From positions 44,581 through 108,580 of the IMG/VR virus record IMGVR_UViG_3300022562_000051: a stretch of DNA of 64,000 nt, one strand, 5' to 3'. Each line of letters opens with the position of its first letter. Position 1 is the first letter of the stretch. The stretch is from a virus (Duplodnaviria > Heunggongvirae > Uroviricota > Caudoviricetes). The position numbers were made by a program, and so were the translations under genes. This document shows positions 30,474-39,765 of this stretch, piece by piece. The notes below the pieces were generated by a model, which saw only the letters and a list, made by a program, of their open reading frames with translations, was not told the origin of the DNA and made no database searches.

Positions 30474-32082
30474 TCAGGCATATCTTCGTAATCCCAAACT
30501 AAAGCGAGCGGGTGTCTCAGTTGCTCTGACACAAGAGCAAGTTGACGAGTACAATCGCTGCCGGGATGACGCGGAGTATTTCATTGAACACTATGTCAAG
30601 ATCATCACTCTTGACCATGGTCTGGTGGGTATTAATCTGTACCCTTACCAGAAGGAAGCCGTGCCTAAGATCGTCAACAGCAATCGTGTGATCATCAAGG
30701 CGGGTCGCCAGATCGGTAAGACCACACTGACCGTTGGTATCGTCCTCTGGTACATTCTGTTCAACGTCGAAAAGACCGTGGCTATTCTGGCTAACAAGGC
30801 TAAGACGGCTCGCGAAATTCTGTCTCGCGTTCAGCTAGCGTATGAGGAAGTTCCCGTCTGGATGCAGCAGGGCATTCTCGGCTGGAACAAGGGTGACATT
30901 GAGTTGGAGAACAAGTGCCGCGTACTGGCTGACTCCACCGGCTCTAGCGCGATTCGTGGATTCTCTATTAACTTCCTGTACCTTGACGAATTCGCGTTCG
31001 TTCCAAACAACATTGCGGAAGACTTCTTTACCTCGACCTATCCAACTATCACTTCTGGTAAGACCGCAAAGATTCTGATTAGCTCGACACCAAACGGCAT
31101 GAACCACTTCTACAAGATGTGGACGGATGCCGTGGAAGGTCGCAATGGTTTCGAACACATCGAAGCTAACTGGCGTTCTGTGCCGGGACGCGACCAAGCG
31201 TGGGCAGATGACCAGAAGCGCGTCCTTGGCGAAGAGAAGTATCTACAGGAAATGGAGTGCGAGTTCCACGGATCGTCCGGTACCCTCATTTCCGGTTACG
31301 TCCTCAAGAATCTGGCTTTCGTCACTCCAAACACCTTTGAAGGGGTCATGGGATTGTGCTGGTACGAGAAGCCGCAGCAGGGTCACAAGTATGTCATGAC
31401 CGTGGACACTAGCCGAGGCAAGGGGTTGGACTATTCAGCCTTTGTGGTCTTTGACGTTACGGAAGTCCCATATCGGGTGGTCTGTACTTACCGAGATAAC
31501 GATATCACTCCACCCCTCTATCCCGGCATCATCAAGAAGATGGCGCAGTGGTACAACCAAGCCTTCGTTCTAATTGAAATAAACGATGTGGGCGCACAGG
31601 TGTCGGACAGCCTGTTCCACGAATACGAGTACGAGAATATCCTTTCCACCAATATCATCAAGAAGCGCACCATCCTGACTTGGAACTATACCGGCAAGAA
31701 GGCTGACCGGGGTATTCGTACCACCAAGTCGGTCAAGATGCAGGGCTGCGCCAAGATGAAGAACCTGATTGAGACATACAAGCTTGTTTTTCAAGACTTT
31801 CACATTATTTCTGAACTTTCTACTTTCATAAATAAGCGTAGTAGTTATGAGGCTGATGAGGGTTCGCATGACGATTTGGTAATGTGTCTTGTGTTGTTTT
31901 CTTGGATGACTAACCAGCAATTTTTCGCTGACCTTGTTCAGATGAACATCAGGGAGAAGTTGTATAGGGAGCAGATGAAACAACTTGAAGCAGAAGAGTT
32001 GCCTCTGCCGGTGCTAGCCGATGGATCGGACAGTGACCGGTTTGTGGCAGACGGTAGTGTATGGGAAATCGTCAAACACTAG
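30457..32082 (+). CDS. gp17: Terminase large subunit gp17
   Basis: YLRNPKLK; GRQIGKTT (Walker A); LYLDEFAF (Walker B); STPNGMNHFY; HDDLVMCL. Confidence 0.97.
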   Translation: MSLNTDQAYLRNPKLKRAGVSVALTQEQVDEYNRCRDDAEYFIEHYVKIITLDHGLVGINLYPYQKEAVPKIVNSNRVIIKAGRQIGKTTLTVGIVLWYILFNVEKTVAILANKAKTAREILSRVQLAYEEVPVWMQQGILGWNKGDIELENKCRVLADSTGSSAIRGFSINFLYLDEFAFVPNNIAEDFFTSTYPTITSGKTAKILISSTPNGMNHFYKMWTDAVEGRNGFEHIEANWRSVPGRDQAWADDQKRVLGEEKYLQEMECEFHGSSGTLISGYVLKNLAFVTPNTFEGVMGLCWYEKPQQGHKYVMTVDTSRGKGLDYSAFVVFDVTEVPYRVVCTYRDNDITPPLYPGIIKKMAQWYNQAFVLIEINDVGAQVSDSLFHEYEYENILSTNIIKKRTILTWNYTGKKADRGIRTTKSVKMQGCAKMKNLIETYKLVFQDFHIISELSTFINKRSSYEADEGSHDDLVMCLVLFSWMTNQQFFADLVQMNIREKLYREQMKQLEAEELPLPVLADGSDSDRFVADGSVWEIVKH

Positions 32083-32086
32083 AAAA

Positions 32087-32094
32087 CCTAAATA
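32087..32094 (+). promoter_or_regulatory. Late promoter (CCTAAATA) for gp18
   Basis: Intergenic, upstream of the AGGAG RBS and the ATG at 32136. Confidence 0.65.
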
Positions 32095-32135
32095 ATTGAT
32101 ACAGTTCCTAAGTTCCTTTTAACAGGAGTAGACAA

Positions 32136-33872
32136 ATGGCATTTCAAGTATCTCCCGGCGTGAACGTATCCGAGATTGATCTTACCACGGTGATTCCTGC
32201 CGTCGCTACCTCTACGGGAGCCGTTGCTGGACCGTATGAGTGGGGTCCAGTCGAAGAAGTTCGCCAAGTTTCGAACGAAAACGAGCTAGTAACCGTTTTC
32301 GGTAAGCCAAAGACTAACAGCTTTGCTTCATTCTTCACCGCAGCGAACTTCCTAGCGTATGCAGATGACCTACGTGTTGCTCGCGCAGCAAATACGGCAT
32401 CTAACACTGCATTTGCTCTGGTACCATCCGTTGCGGGTGTTATTGCTGCAAATACGCAGATCAAGAATGATGCTGCATACGAGGCTCTGAGCCTGCCTAT
32501 TAGCTCCACTTGGCTCGCATCGCGTTGTCCCGGTGAAGTTGGTAACTCGCTCAAGGTTGGCGTTTGGGCAAACACCACGGCTACCTTCTCCGATTGGGCA
32601 TATGCTAACCTGTTTGACAAGGCACCGGGAACCAGCTACTTCCTGTCCAGCAATTGGAGCAACTCCACAGCAAATGACGAACTCCATCTTGTCGTTGTTG
32701 ACGAGGATGGTCTGATTACCGGTACGCCGGGAACTGTCCTTGAGAAGTTCGCTAACCTCTCTAAGTGTTCAACGGCTAAGAACGAATCGGGCGAGTCCAT
32801 CTACTACAAGGATGTGCTGTTCCGTAAGTCCAAGTATGTTTACTGGACGGGTCATCCAGAAGACGTTAATGGTACGACTGGTGATCAGGCTGGTAATTGG
32901 GGCGCAGCAGCAAATGCTACGGTCACGTTCAGCGAACTCAAGTCCAGCGAAAATGTGTACTCGTTCACTTATGGTACGAGTCTGGCAGTCAATGATGCCG
33001 ATATCATTCGCGCATATGACACCTTCAAGAATGGTGACACCACCGACCTGTCGCTGGTCATGACTGCAAACCACTCTCAGACTGTTGTTCTGGATGCAAT
33101 CAACAACATCGCAGAAACTCGCAAGGACTGCGTTGTGTTCCTGTCGCCAGCACTGGCTAACGTACAGGCAGCAGATGCAACGACTGCGGTTGTCAACTAT
33201 CGCAAGAATGCGCTGGCGAATGTCTCTTCGTCCTACGCAGTCATGGATAGCGGCTGGAAGTATCAGTACGACAAGTACAACGATGTGTACCGTTGGGTAC
33301 CGCTGAATGGTGACATTGCTGGTCTGTGCGCTCGCACCGACTCGGATCGTGACCCATGGTTCTCGCCAGCAGGCTTGATTCGTGGTCAGATCAAGAACGT
33401 CATTAAGTTGGCTTACAACCCAAGCAAGGCAAATCGTGACGAGCTTTACAAGAATGGCGTCAACCCTGTTGTCAGTTTCTCTGGCGAAGGTACGATGTTG
33501 TTCGGTGACAAGACTCTGCTCGGACGCCCATCGGCATTTGACCGCATCAACGTCCGTCGCTTGTTCATCGTTCTTGAAAAGGCAATCTCCAAGGCAGCAC
33601 GTTCTAGCCTGTTTGAGTTCAACGATGAATTCACTCGCGCACAGTTTGTCAATCTGGTTGAGCCATTCCTGAGAACTGTTCAGGGTCGTCGTGGTATCTA
33701 CGATTACCGCGTGGTCTGTGACGAAACCAATAACACGGCAGAAGTCATTGACCGTAACGAGTTCATTGGTGATATCTACGTCAAGCCTGCTAAGAGCATC
33801 AACTTCATCCAGTTGAACTTCGTAGCGGTGAGAACGGGTGTCTCCTTCGAAGAAGTTGTGGGCAAGTTCTAA
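32136..33872 (+). CDS. gp18: Tail sheath protein gp18
   Basis: MAFQVSPGVNVSEIDLT; WFSPAG; FDRINVRRLF; KPAKSINFIQLNFVA. Confidence 0.97.
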   Translation: MAFQVSPGVNVSEIDLTTVIPAVATSTGAVAGPYEWGPVEEVRQVSNENELVTVFGKPKTNSFASFFTAANFLAYADDLRVARAANTASNTAFALVPSVAGVIAANTQIKNDAAYEALSLPISSTWLASRCPGEVGNSLKVGVWANTTATFSDWAYANLFDKAPGTSYFLSSNWSNSTANDELHLVVVDEDGLITGTPGTVLEKFANLSKCSTAKNESGESIYYKDVLFRKSKYVYWTGHPEDVNGTTGDQAGNWGAAANATVTFSELKSSENVYSFTYGTSLAVNDADIIRAYDTFKNGDTTDLSLVMTANHSQTVVLDAINNIAETRKDCVVFLSPALANVQAADATTAVVNYRKNALANVSSSYAVMDSGWKYQYDKYNDVYRWVPLNGDIAGLCARTDSDRDPWFSPAGLIRGQIKNVIKLAYNPSKANRDELYKNGVNPVVSFSGEGTMLFGDKTLLGRPSAFDRINVRRLFIVLEKAISKAARSSLFEFNDEFTRAQFVNLVEPFLRTVQGRRGIYDYRVVCDETNNTAEVIDRNEFIGDIYVKPAKSINFIQLNFVAVRTGVSFEEVVGKF

Positions 33873-33878
33873 TAAATA
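33871..33878 (+). promoter_or_regulatory. Late promoter (AATAAATA) for gp19
   Basis: Overlaps the gp18 stop; 27 nt before the ATG at 33906. Confidence 0.65.
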
Positions 33879-33905
33879 GCTAACAGGCTACAGGAGTAAA
33901 TCAAA

Positions 33906-34487
33906 ATGGCTTTCAATGTAGATGCATTCAGAACTGCAATGAAGAATGATGGAGCGCGTCCGAATCTCTTTGAGGTTTCGCTCGTATTTCCTTCGTTCGT
34001 AGAACTTGGTGGTCTGGCTGGCTCACAGTCCCGTTTCTTCGTGAAGACTGCACAGTTGCCGGGATCAACGATTGGTACCGTAACGGTTCCATACTTTGGT
34101 CGTGAAGTAAAGGCTGCTGGAAACCGCACCTTTGCTGATTGGTCAGTAACGGTACTTAACGATGAAGACTTTGCTCTGCGCAATGCCTTCGAACGTTGGC
34201 ACCGTGGTATCAATGGCAACGTAACCAACCTTCGCGAGCTAGGTGCAATTAGCACTTCGCCGCAGTCGCCGGGAACGAGCTATGCTGTTGATGCAGAAGT
34301 TTACCAGTATGCGAAAATCGGTGGTCAACCAATCAAGAAGTACAAGCTGGTCGGAATGTTCCCAAATGACATTTCACCAATTGATCTGGATTGGGGTTCG
34401 AACGACACGATTGAAGAGTACACGATTACTCTGTCGTATCAATACTGGACTTCGCTTGACACTAGCGCAGCTAACCCAAGCGCGTAA
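33906..34487 (+). CDS. gp19: Tail tube protein gp19
   Basis: GARPNLFEV; AQLPGSTIG; GREVKAAGNRTF..W; LDWGSNDTIEEY. Confidence 0.96.
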   Translation: MAFNVDAFRTAMKNDGARPNLFEVSLVFPSFVELGGLAGSQSRFFVKTAQLPGSTIGTVTVPYFGREVKAAGNRTFADWSVTVLNDEDFALRNAFERWHRGINGNVTNLRELGAISTSPQSPGTSYAVDAEVYQYAKIGGQPIKKYKLVGMFPNDISPIDLDWGSNDTIEEYTITLSYQYWTSLDTSAANPSA

Positions 34488-34497
34488 TTGAATGGTC

Positions 34498-34530
34498 GGG
34501 GGAAAGGAATTCGCCTTTCCCCCATCTTTG
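34498..34530 (+). terminator. Hairpin between gp19 and gp20 (terminator/attenuator-like)
   Basis: GGGGGAAAGG-AATTCG-CCTTTCCCCC 10-bp stem followed by a weak ATCTTTG tail. Confidence 0.6.
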
Positions 34531-34544
34531 ACATGGAGTGATTA

Positions 34545-36179
34545 ATGGCAACTATTAGACTTTTCGGTTGGGAGATTAATCGGGTATCTGATCAAGAAAC
34601 TCCCGCTCCCACAGTTCAGCCGAGCATTGCGCCGCCGCTGACGGATGATGGCGCGTATGTAATTAACTCGGCTGCGCTAGGTGGTTACTATGGTACCTAT
34701 CTCAATCTTGAGGCTGCATTCAAGAACGAGAACGAACTCATTTCACGCTATCGCACGATGGCAATGCAGCCAGAAGTCGAATCCGCGATTGATGATATCG
34801 TCAATGAAGCAATCGTCCATGATGACGAGGGCAAGTCGGTAGAGATTTCGCTCGACCTTCTGGAACAACCGGATAATGTCAAGAACATTCTGCGTGAGGA
34901 ATTCAAGCAGCTTCTTCGCATGTTGGACTTCGACAATTCTGGACAGGATATCTTCAAGCGTTGGTACGTTGATGGACGCCTGTTTTACCAGATTCGTATT
35001 GATGAAGCTAATCCGAATTTAGGTATTCAATCTATCTCATACCTTGATCCGCGCAAGATTCGAAAGGTGCGCACGGTCATGCGGCGCAAAGACCCACGTA
35101 CTGGCGTTGAGATTGTGGCTGGTAGTGAGGATTTCTACGTTTACAATGACAAGGCACTGACCGCAGGAAACATGGTCATGTCTTCGCCCGTTGACGCATC
35201 TATGAAGATTGCCGAGGACGCCGTTGTAAACATTAACTCTGGTTTGATGGACGTAACCCGTAATCTGGTTCTGTCTTATCTTCACAAAGCCATCAAGCCT
35301 CTGAACCAGTTGCGCATGATTGAGGACGCAGTAGTTATCTACCGTCTGTCTCGCGCACCAGAACGCCGTGTATTCTACATTGACGTTGGTAATCTGCCGA
35401 AGGTCAAGGCTGACCAGTATCTACACGATATCATGACCAAGTTCCGCAACAAGATCGTTTACGATGCGGGAACCGGCGAGGTCAAGGATGATCGTCGCTT
35501 CATGTCCATGATCGAAGACTTCTGGATTCCTCGTCGCGGCGAAGGCAAGGCTACTGAGATTCAGACGCTACAAGGTGGACAGAATCTTGGTGAACTCACC
35601 GACGTTAAGTATTTCCAGCAACAGCTTTATCGCTCGCTCAATGTGCCTATTTCGCGCCTTGAGCCGCAGCAGGGATTCTCGCTAGGTCGCGCATCCGAGA
35701 TTACTCGCGATGAGCTTAAGTTCAATAAGTTTGTTGAGCGTCTACGTGCGAAGTTCTCATTGCTGTTCGATGAACTGATGAAGCGGCAGCTAGCCCTAAA
35801 GGGTATCGCATCCTATGAAGAATGGGATCAGTTGAAGGAATACATCTACTACGATTTCATTGAAGATAACAACTTCTCTGAATTGAAGGAAGCGGAGTTG
35901 ATGACAAACCGCGTCCAGTTGCTCAATCAGATGGTTCCTTATGTCGGCACATACTACTCCATGAATTGGGTTCGCAAGAATGTCCTTAAGCTTTCTGAGG
36001 AAGAAATTGAGGAAATGGCGGTAGAACTTGAACAGGAGCAGGAAGAAATGATGCGTATTGCTGAAATGGAAGCAGCAAAGCAGCAATATTCAATGGGTAC
36101 GCAAGTTCCATCTTCTATAAATACAGGTGGGCAACCACAATCGCAACAGAAACCACCGGCTAACGGGGGACAAAAGTAA
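34545..36179 (+). CDS. gp20: Portal protein gp20
   Basis: LISRYRTMAMQPEVESAIDDIVNE; WYVDGR; YRLSRAPERRVFYIDVGNLPK; EDFWIPRRG. Confidence 0.97.
   Translation: MATIRLFGWEINRVSDQETPAPTVQPSIAPPLTDDGAYVINSAALGGYYGTYLNLEAAFKNENELISRYRTMAMQPEVESAIDDIVNEAIVHDDEGKSVEISLDLLEQPDNVKNILREEFKQLLRMLDFDNSGQDIFKRWYVDGRLFYQIRIDEANPNLGIQSISYLDPRKIRKVRTVMRRKDPRTGVEIVAGSEDFYVYNDKALTAGNMVMSSPVDASMKIAEDAVVNINSGLMDVTRNLVLSYLHKAIKPLNQLRMIEDAVVIYRLSRAPERRVFYIDVGNLPKVKADQYLHDIMTKFRNKIVYDAGTGEVKDDRRFMSMIEDFWIPRRGEGKATEIQTLQGGQNLGELTDVKYFQQQLYRSLNVPISRLEPQQGFSLGRASEITRDELKFNKFVERLRAKFSLLFDELMKRQLALKGIASYEEWDQLKEYIYYDFIEDNNFSELKEAELMTNRVQLLNQMVPYVGTYYSMNWVRKNVLKLSEEEIEEMAVELEQEQEEMMRIAEMEAAKQQYSMGTQVPSSINTGGQPQSQQKPPANGGQK
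36116..36123 (+). promoter_or_regulatory. Late promoter (canonical TATAAATA) within the gp20 3' end, for the gp67-like gene
   Basis: Exact T4 late consensus, 55 nt before the ATG at 36179. Confidence 0.6.
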
Positions 36180-37201
36180 TGTATTCCAAGCAATTCCTAG
36201 AAGCACTGGCATCCGACGATAAGGATCAGGCAAGTGCAGCATTTCAAGCTACTCTGAATGACAAGATTTCAGATGCTCTGGAAGTACGCAAGGTTGAGAT
36301 TGCATCTTCTATCATTTCTGGTGATACCGAAATGGTAGAGGAAGAAGTGCAGCTTGACGAAGTTTCTGCTCCCGGTCAGGAAGACTGGATCAAGGCTAAT
36401 AAGCAGCGTTTCATCAAGCAGTATGGCAAAGAAAAGGGAACGAGAATTCTCTATGCCAAGGCATGGAAGATGGCAAAGGAAGAAGTTGAGTTGACCGAAG
36501 GCGGTCCTACTCGCAAGCACTTTCGCCAGACAGCCGAATTGATTAAGGCTATTGAGCATCCTGAGAAGCGCAAGGAAATGGCTAATCACCACGCTTCCCT
36601 GTATGCGCAGCAGAATCCACGTTTTGATCGCGCTAAGTTCATGGCAGCAGCCGGTGTTAACGAGTCTGATCTTAATGTAGATTATGACAGGCACGAACTC
36701 AAGACGATGATGAAGAAGGCTCGCGAAGGCATGAAGCCTTTCCATCCAACGCCGCAGGCTACCGAATACATGCAGCATGTGCAGACTCACGTTGCACATC
36801 TAGCTAAGAAACATGGCAAGAAAGAAGCTGATATTTGGAGTTGGGTTAACGAAGAGTTGACCGATGAAGAACTCAGCGCATTGAATGAAGTTGCACAGGG
36901 TGGTGCTGTAACGAACGCGCAGCTTAATCGCAACGTTATTACTAATCTGCGCAAGGCTACGCAAACGCTAGGAATCAAGGGTGTTAACCCACAGATGGCA
37001 GCAGCAGCACATCGTGATTTTGGCAAGCTAGTAGCCAAGAATCCAAAGGCTCCCGGTTACATGCTACTTCGCAAGCTTGCTGCAAACAAGGCTGCACAGG
37101 TTCAGAGTTTGACGCAGGCGGGTGTTCCAATGGGACAGTCCTTGGAAGCACATCCAAATGACTTCAATCAGGCTCTACAGAGAATCAAGAGATTCAAGTA
37201 A
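36179..37201 (+). CDS. gp67-like prohead core protein fused to several small basic modules (putative internal-protein polyprotein)
   Basis: Position after gp20; N-terminal ...AFQATLNDKISDALEVRKVEIASSI; L/V-x-E junctions LDE, LTE, VNE, VNE, LNE. Confidence 0.6.
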   Translation: MYSKQFLEALASDDKDQASAAFQATLNDKISDALEVRKVEIASSIISGDTEMVEEEVQLDEVSAPGQEDWIKANKQRFIKQYGKEKGTRILYAKAWKMAKEEVELTEGGPTRKHFRQTAELIKAIEHPEKRKEMANHHASLYAQQNPRFDRAKFMAAAGVNESDLNVDYDRHELKTMMKKAREGMKPFHPTPQATEYMQHVQTHVAHLAKKHGKKEADIWSWVNEELTDEELSALNEVAQGGAVTNAQLNRNVITNLRKATQTLGIKGVNPQMAAAAHRDFGKLVAKNPKAPGYMLLRKLAANKAAQVQSLTQAGVPMGQSLEAHPNDFNQALQRIKRFK

Positions 37202-37425
37202 TGCGATTCAAGGAATTCCGCAATCAGTTGAATGAGTCCGGTATGTCTACCGAAACCATTCCTGCACCAATGTTGGTGTTGCGCCGCAGGGGAGTTCGTA
37301 TTTTCCCTGATGGACGCAAGGTTGCACTTTATACAAATGATAAATATAATATGGTATTCACTGTCCCTTATGGTGGTAACTCGCCGGAAGAGGACACACC
37401 AATCGTAGGATATCCTAATGGATGA
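37201..37425 (+). CDS. Small head-region protein with a capsid-targeting-like N-terminus
   Basis: MRFKEFRNQLNE resembles the T4 CTS MKTYQEFIAE; LVLRRRGVRIFPDGRKVALY. Confidence 0.55.
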   Translation: MRFKEFRNQLNESGMSTETIPAPMLVLRRRGVRIFPDGRKVALYTNDKYNMVFTVPYGGNSPEEDTPIVGYPNG

Positions 37426-37747
37426 AATCTACGAGAGACTGAATCAGATTACCGAAGAGAAACTACAGTTTCTCAAGACGTTAATTGAGGTTGAGCTAAA
37501 CGAAGCCAACGTCAAGATCGTCAGGGCAAGAATTCGCGGCGGCAAGGTGCAGCGTAGAAGAAAGGTTGCAACTCGCCCCGGTTATACTATTCGCGGTGGA
37601 AAGCTTGTTCGTATGTCGGCTGCGGAGCGCCAGAAGCGCAAGAGGGCTGCACGTAAGGGCAAGGCAAAGCGCAAGGCTAAAATGGCTCGCGCATTAATGA
37701 AGCGTAGGCGTTCACTAAGACGCAGGAAATCATTAGGGGCAAAGTAA
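37418..37747 (+). CDS. gp68: Prohead core protein gp68-like
   Basis: Acidic N-terminus ending ELNE, then a very basic tail ...KRRRSLRRRKSLG like T4 gp68; immediately before gp21. Confidence 0.7.
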   Translation: MDEIYERLNQITEEKLQFLKTLIEVELNEANVKIVRARIRGGKVQRRRKVATRPGYTIRGGKLVRMSAAERQKRKRAARKGKAKRKAKMARALMKRRRSLRRRKSLGAK

Positions 37748-37748
37748 G

Positions 37749-38393
37749 ATGAAACTTATTACGGAAATGATTCAGGATGTAAAGGTAATCACCGAAGAAA
37801 AGAACGGTGTTACATCACTTTACATTACAGGTCCGTTCCTCGTTGGGGAACAGAAGAACCGTAATGGGCGCGTATATCCACAGCATATTCTGGAAAAGGA
37901 AGTCAAGCGTTATAACGAAGAGTACGTGACGAGAAACCGTGCCTTTGGCGAGCTTGGTCATCCAGATAGCCCATCAATTAATTTGGACCGTGTTTCACAC
38001 CTGATCACTAACCTCAAGCAAGAGGGTGCCACTTTCATCGGCAAAGCCAAGATTCTTGAAACCCCTATGGGCAAGATTGCTAGGTCGTTATTGGAAGGTG
38101 GTGCAACCCTTGGCGTATCCAGCCGTGGCATGGGTTCGCTTAAGGAGCAGGACGGTGTAAACTTGGTTCAGGACGATTATTATCTCGCTACAGCGGCGGA
38201 TATCGTAGCCGACCCTTCGGCTCCCGGTGCCTTTGTTCAAGGAATAATGGAAGGCAAGGAGTGGGTGTGGGACAATGGCACCATCAAGGAAGTTGATGTT
38301 GTCGAAATGTACGATGAAATCAAGAAGGCACGGCGAAATCAGATCGAAGAAATCTCGTTGAGAATCTTCGAAAACTTTCTGTCAAAACTTTGA
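37749..38393 (+). CDS. gp21: Prohead protease gp21
   Basis: MKLITE; KNRNGRVYP; FGELGHP; GVSSRGMGSL; DIVADPSAP. Confidence 0.97.
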   Translation: MKLITEMIQDVKVITEEKNGVTSLYITGPFLVGEQKNRNGRVYPQHILEKEVKRYNEEYVTRNRAFGELGHPDSPSINLDRVSHLITNLKQEGATFIGKAKILETPMGKIARSLLEGGATLGVSSRGMGSLKEQDGVNLVQDDYYLATAADIVADPSAPGAFVQGIMEGKEWVWDNGTIKEVDVVEMYDEIKKARRNQIEEISLRIFENFLSKL

Positions 38394-38397
38394 GTTT

Positions 38398-38405
38398 TAT
38401 AAATA
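38398..38405 (+). promoter_or_regulatory. Late promoter (TATAAATA) for gp22
   Basis: Exact consensus, 25 nt before the ATG at 38431; AGGAG RBS. Confidence 0.8.
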
Positions 38406-38430
38406 GATTTATCCAGTTAAGGAGTTTAAA

Positions 38431-39738
38431 ATGAGCAAGTCACTTTCTGAATCTGCTGCTGAAATCCTGAATGCTTCCCTAAAGGGCGCAGTCAAGGAGC
38501 CTATGCAGGCTGGCGGCGCACAGGTCACGGACCTTGGTGGCTCTGACAATCAGAGCAAGCCAGAGGGCGATGCTGTTGGTAAGGCTGCGGCTGCAAAGCA
38601 AGCCGAGGCACCTAAGCCGGGAACGGCAGGCGCACCATCTGAGCCAGTAGTTGATCCCGTCAAGAAGAAGGGCGAGCAGAATTCTGTTGGTTCCGTAGAA
38701 GCTATGCCGGGAACCACCCTTGTCAAGAATCCTAAGATGGCGGAAGAAACCGAGACTGATGAGGTCGAGCTAACTGAGGAAGAGATTGAAGAGTATCTGA
38801 ACTCTCTGACCGAAGAGGAGCTTGAGGCTCTGGCTGCGGAAGCAGATCAGCTTGACGAAGCCAAGAAGGAAGACGAGGAAGAGGATAAGGAAGACGAGGA
38901 CGAGGAAGACGATAAGGATTGCAAGTGCGAAGAGACTGAGGTCGAAGCTCCTGCATTGACCGAGGAAGAAATCGTTGAAGCTCGCAAGTCTGCCCTCAAG
39001 TCCATGGTTGCAGAGAACATGGGTTCCTGCAAGGAAGATATTGATGCACTGTTCTCTGGTGAGGAACTTTCCGAAGAGTTCAAGACCAAGGCAACGACCA
39101 TTTTCGAAGCAGCCGTTCGCGCTCGCGTTGAAGCTATCGTTGAGAAGGTTGTAACTGAGAACGAGCAGATCATGTCCGAAGCTGCCGAAGAGTTCCAGAC
39201 TCAAATGACTGAACAAGTTGATGAGTATCTGAACTATGTTGTCGAGCAGTGGATGGAAGAGAACAAGCTGGCTGTCGAGTCTGGTCTGCGCGTAGAAATC
39301 GCAGAAGAGTTTATCGGCGGCTTGAAGAACCTGTTCATGGAACACTACATCGAAGTTCCAGAAGACAAGGCTGACCTCGTTGAGCAGATGGCATCGTCCG
39401 TCGCTGACATGGAAGCTAAGTTGAATGAACAGGTCGAAGAGAACAAGAAGCTACAGAAGTCGCTTAACGAGTCCAAGGCTAAGGAAGTTCTTAGCAAGAT
39501 CGTTGAAGGGCTGACTACTGTTCAGGCTGAAAAGATTAGGACTCTCGCAGAGGGAGTTGAATTCACCACAGAGGGTGAGTATTCGCAGAAGCTCGCAGTG
39601 ATTCGCGAGAATTACTTCCCAAGTAAGAAGACGAAGGGTGAGGCTCCGCAGGCTCTTGTTGAGACTGAACAGCCAAAGGAAGTAACCGATACTATGGATT
39701 GGTATGTAAAAACACTTTCGAAGCAGCTACCTAAGTAA
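38431..39738 (+). CDS. gp22: Prohead scaffold protein gp22
   Basis: Very acidic; FKTKATTIFEAAV; VDEYLNYVVEQW; LAVIRENYF. Confidence 0.93.
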   Translation: MSKSLSESAAEILNASLKGAVKEPMQAGGAQVTDLGGSDNQSKPEGDAVGKAAAAKQAEAPKPGTAGAPSEPVVDPVKKKGEQNSVGSVEAMPGTTLVKNPKMAEETETDEVELTEEEIEEYLNSLTEEELEALAAEADQLDEAKKEDEEEDKEDEDEEDDKDCKCEETEVEAPALTEEEIVEARKSALKSMVAENMGSCKEDIDALFSGEELSEEFKTKATTIFEAAVRARVEAIVEKVVTENEQIMSEAAEEFQTQMTEQVDEYLNYVVEQWMEENKLAVESGLRVEIAEEFIGGLKNLFMEHYIEVPEDKADLVEQMASSVADMEAKLNEQVEENKKLQKSLNESKAKEVLSKIVEGLTTVQAEKIRTLAEGVEFTTEGEYSQKLAVIRENYFPSKKTKGEAPQALVETEQPKEVTDTMDWYVKTLSKQLPK

Positions 39739-39765
39739 CTGCAAACCTCTAACGGAGAAACTACA

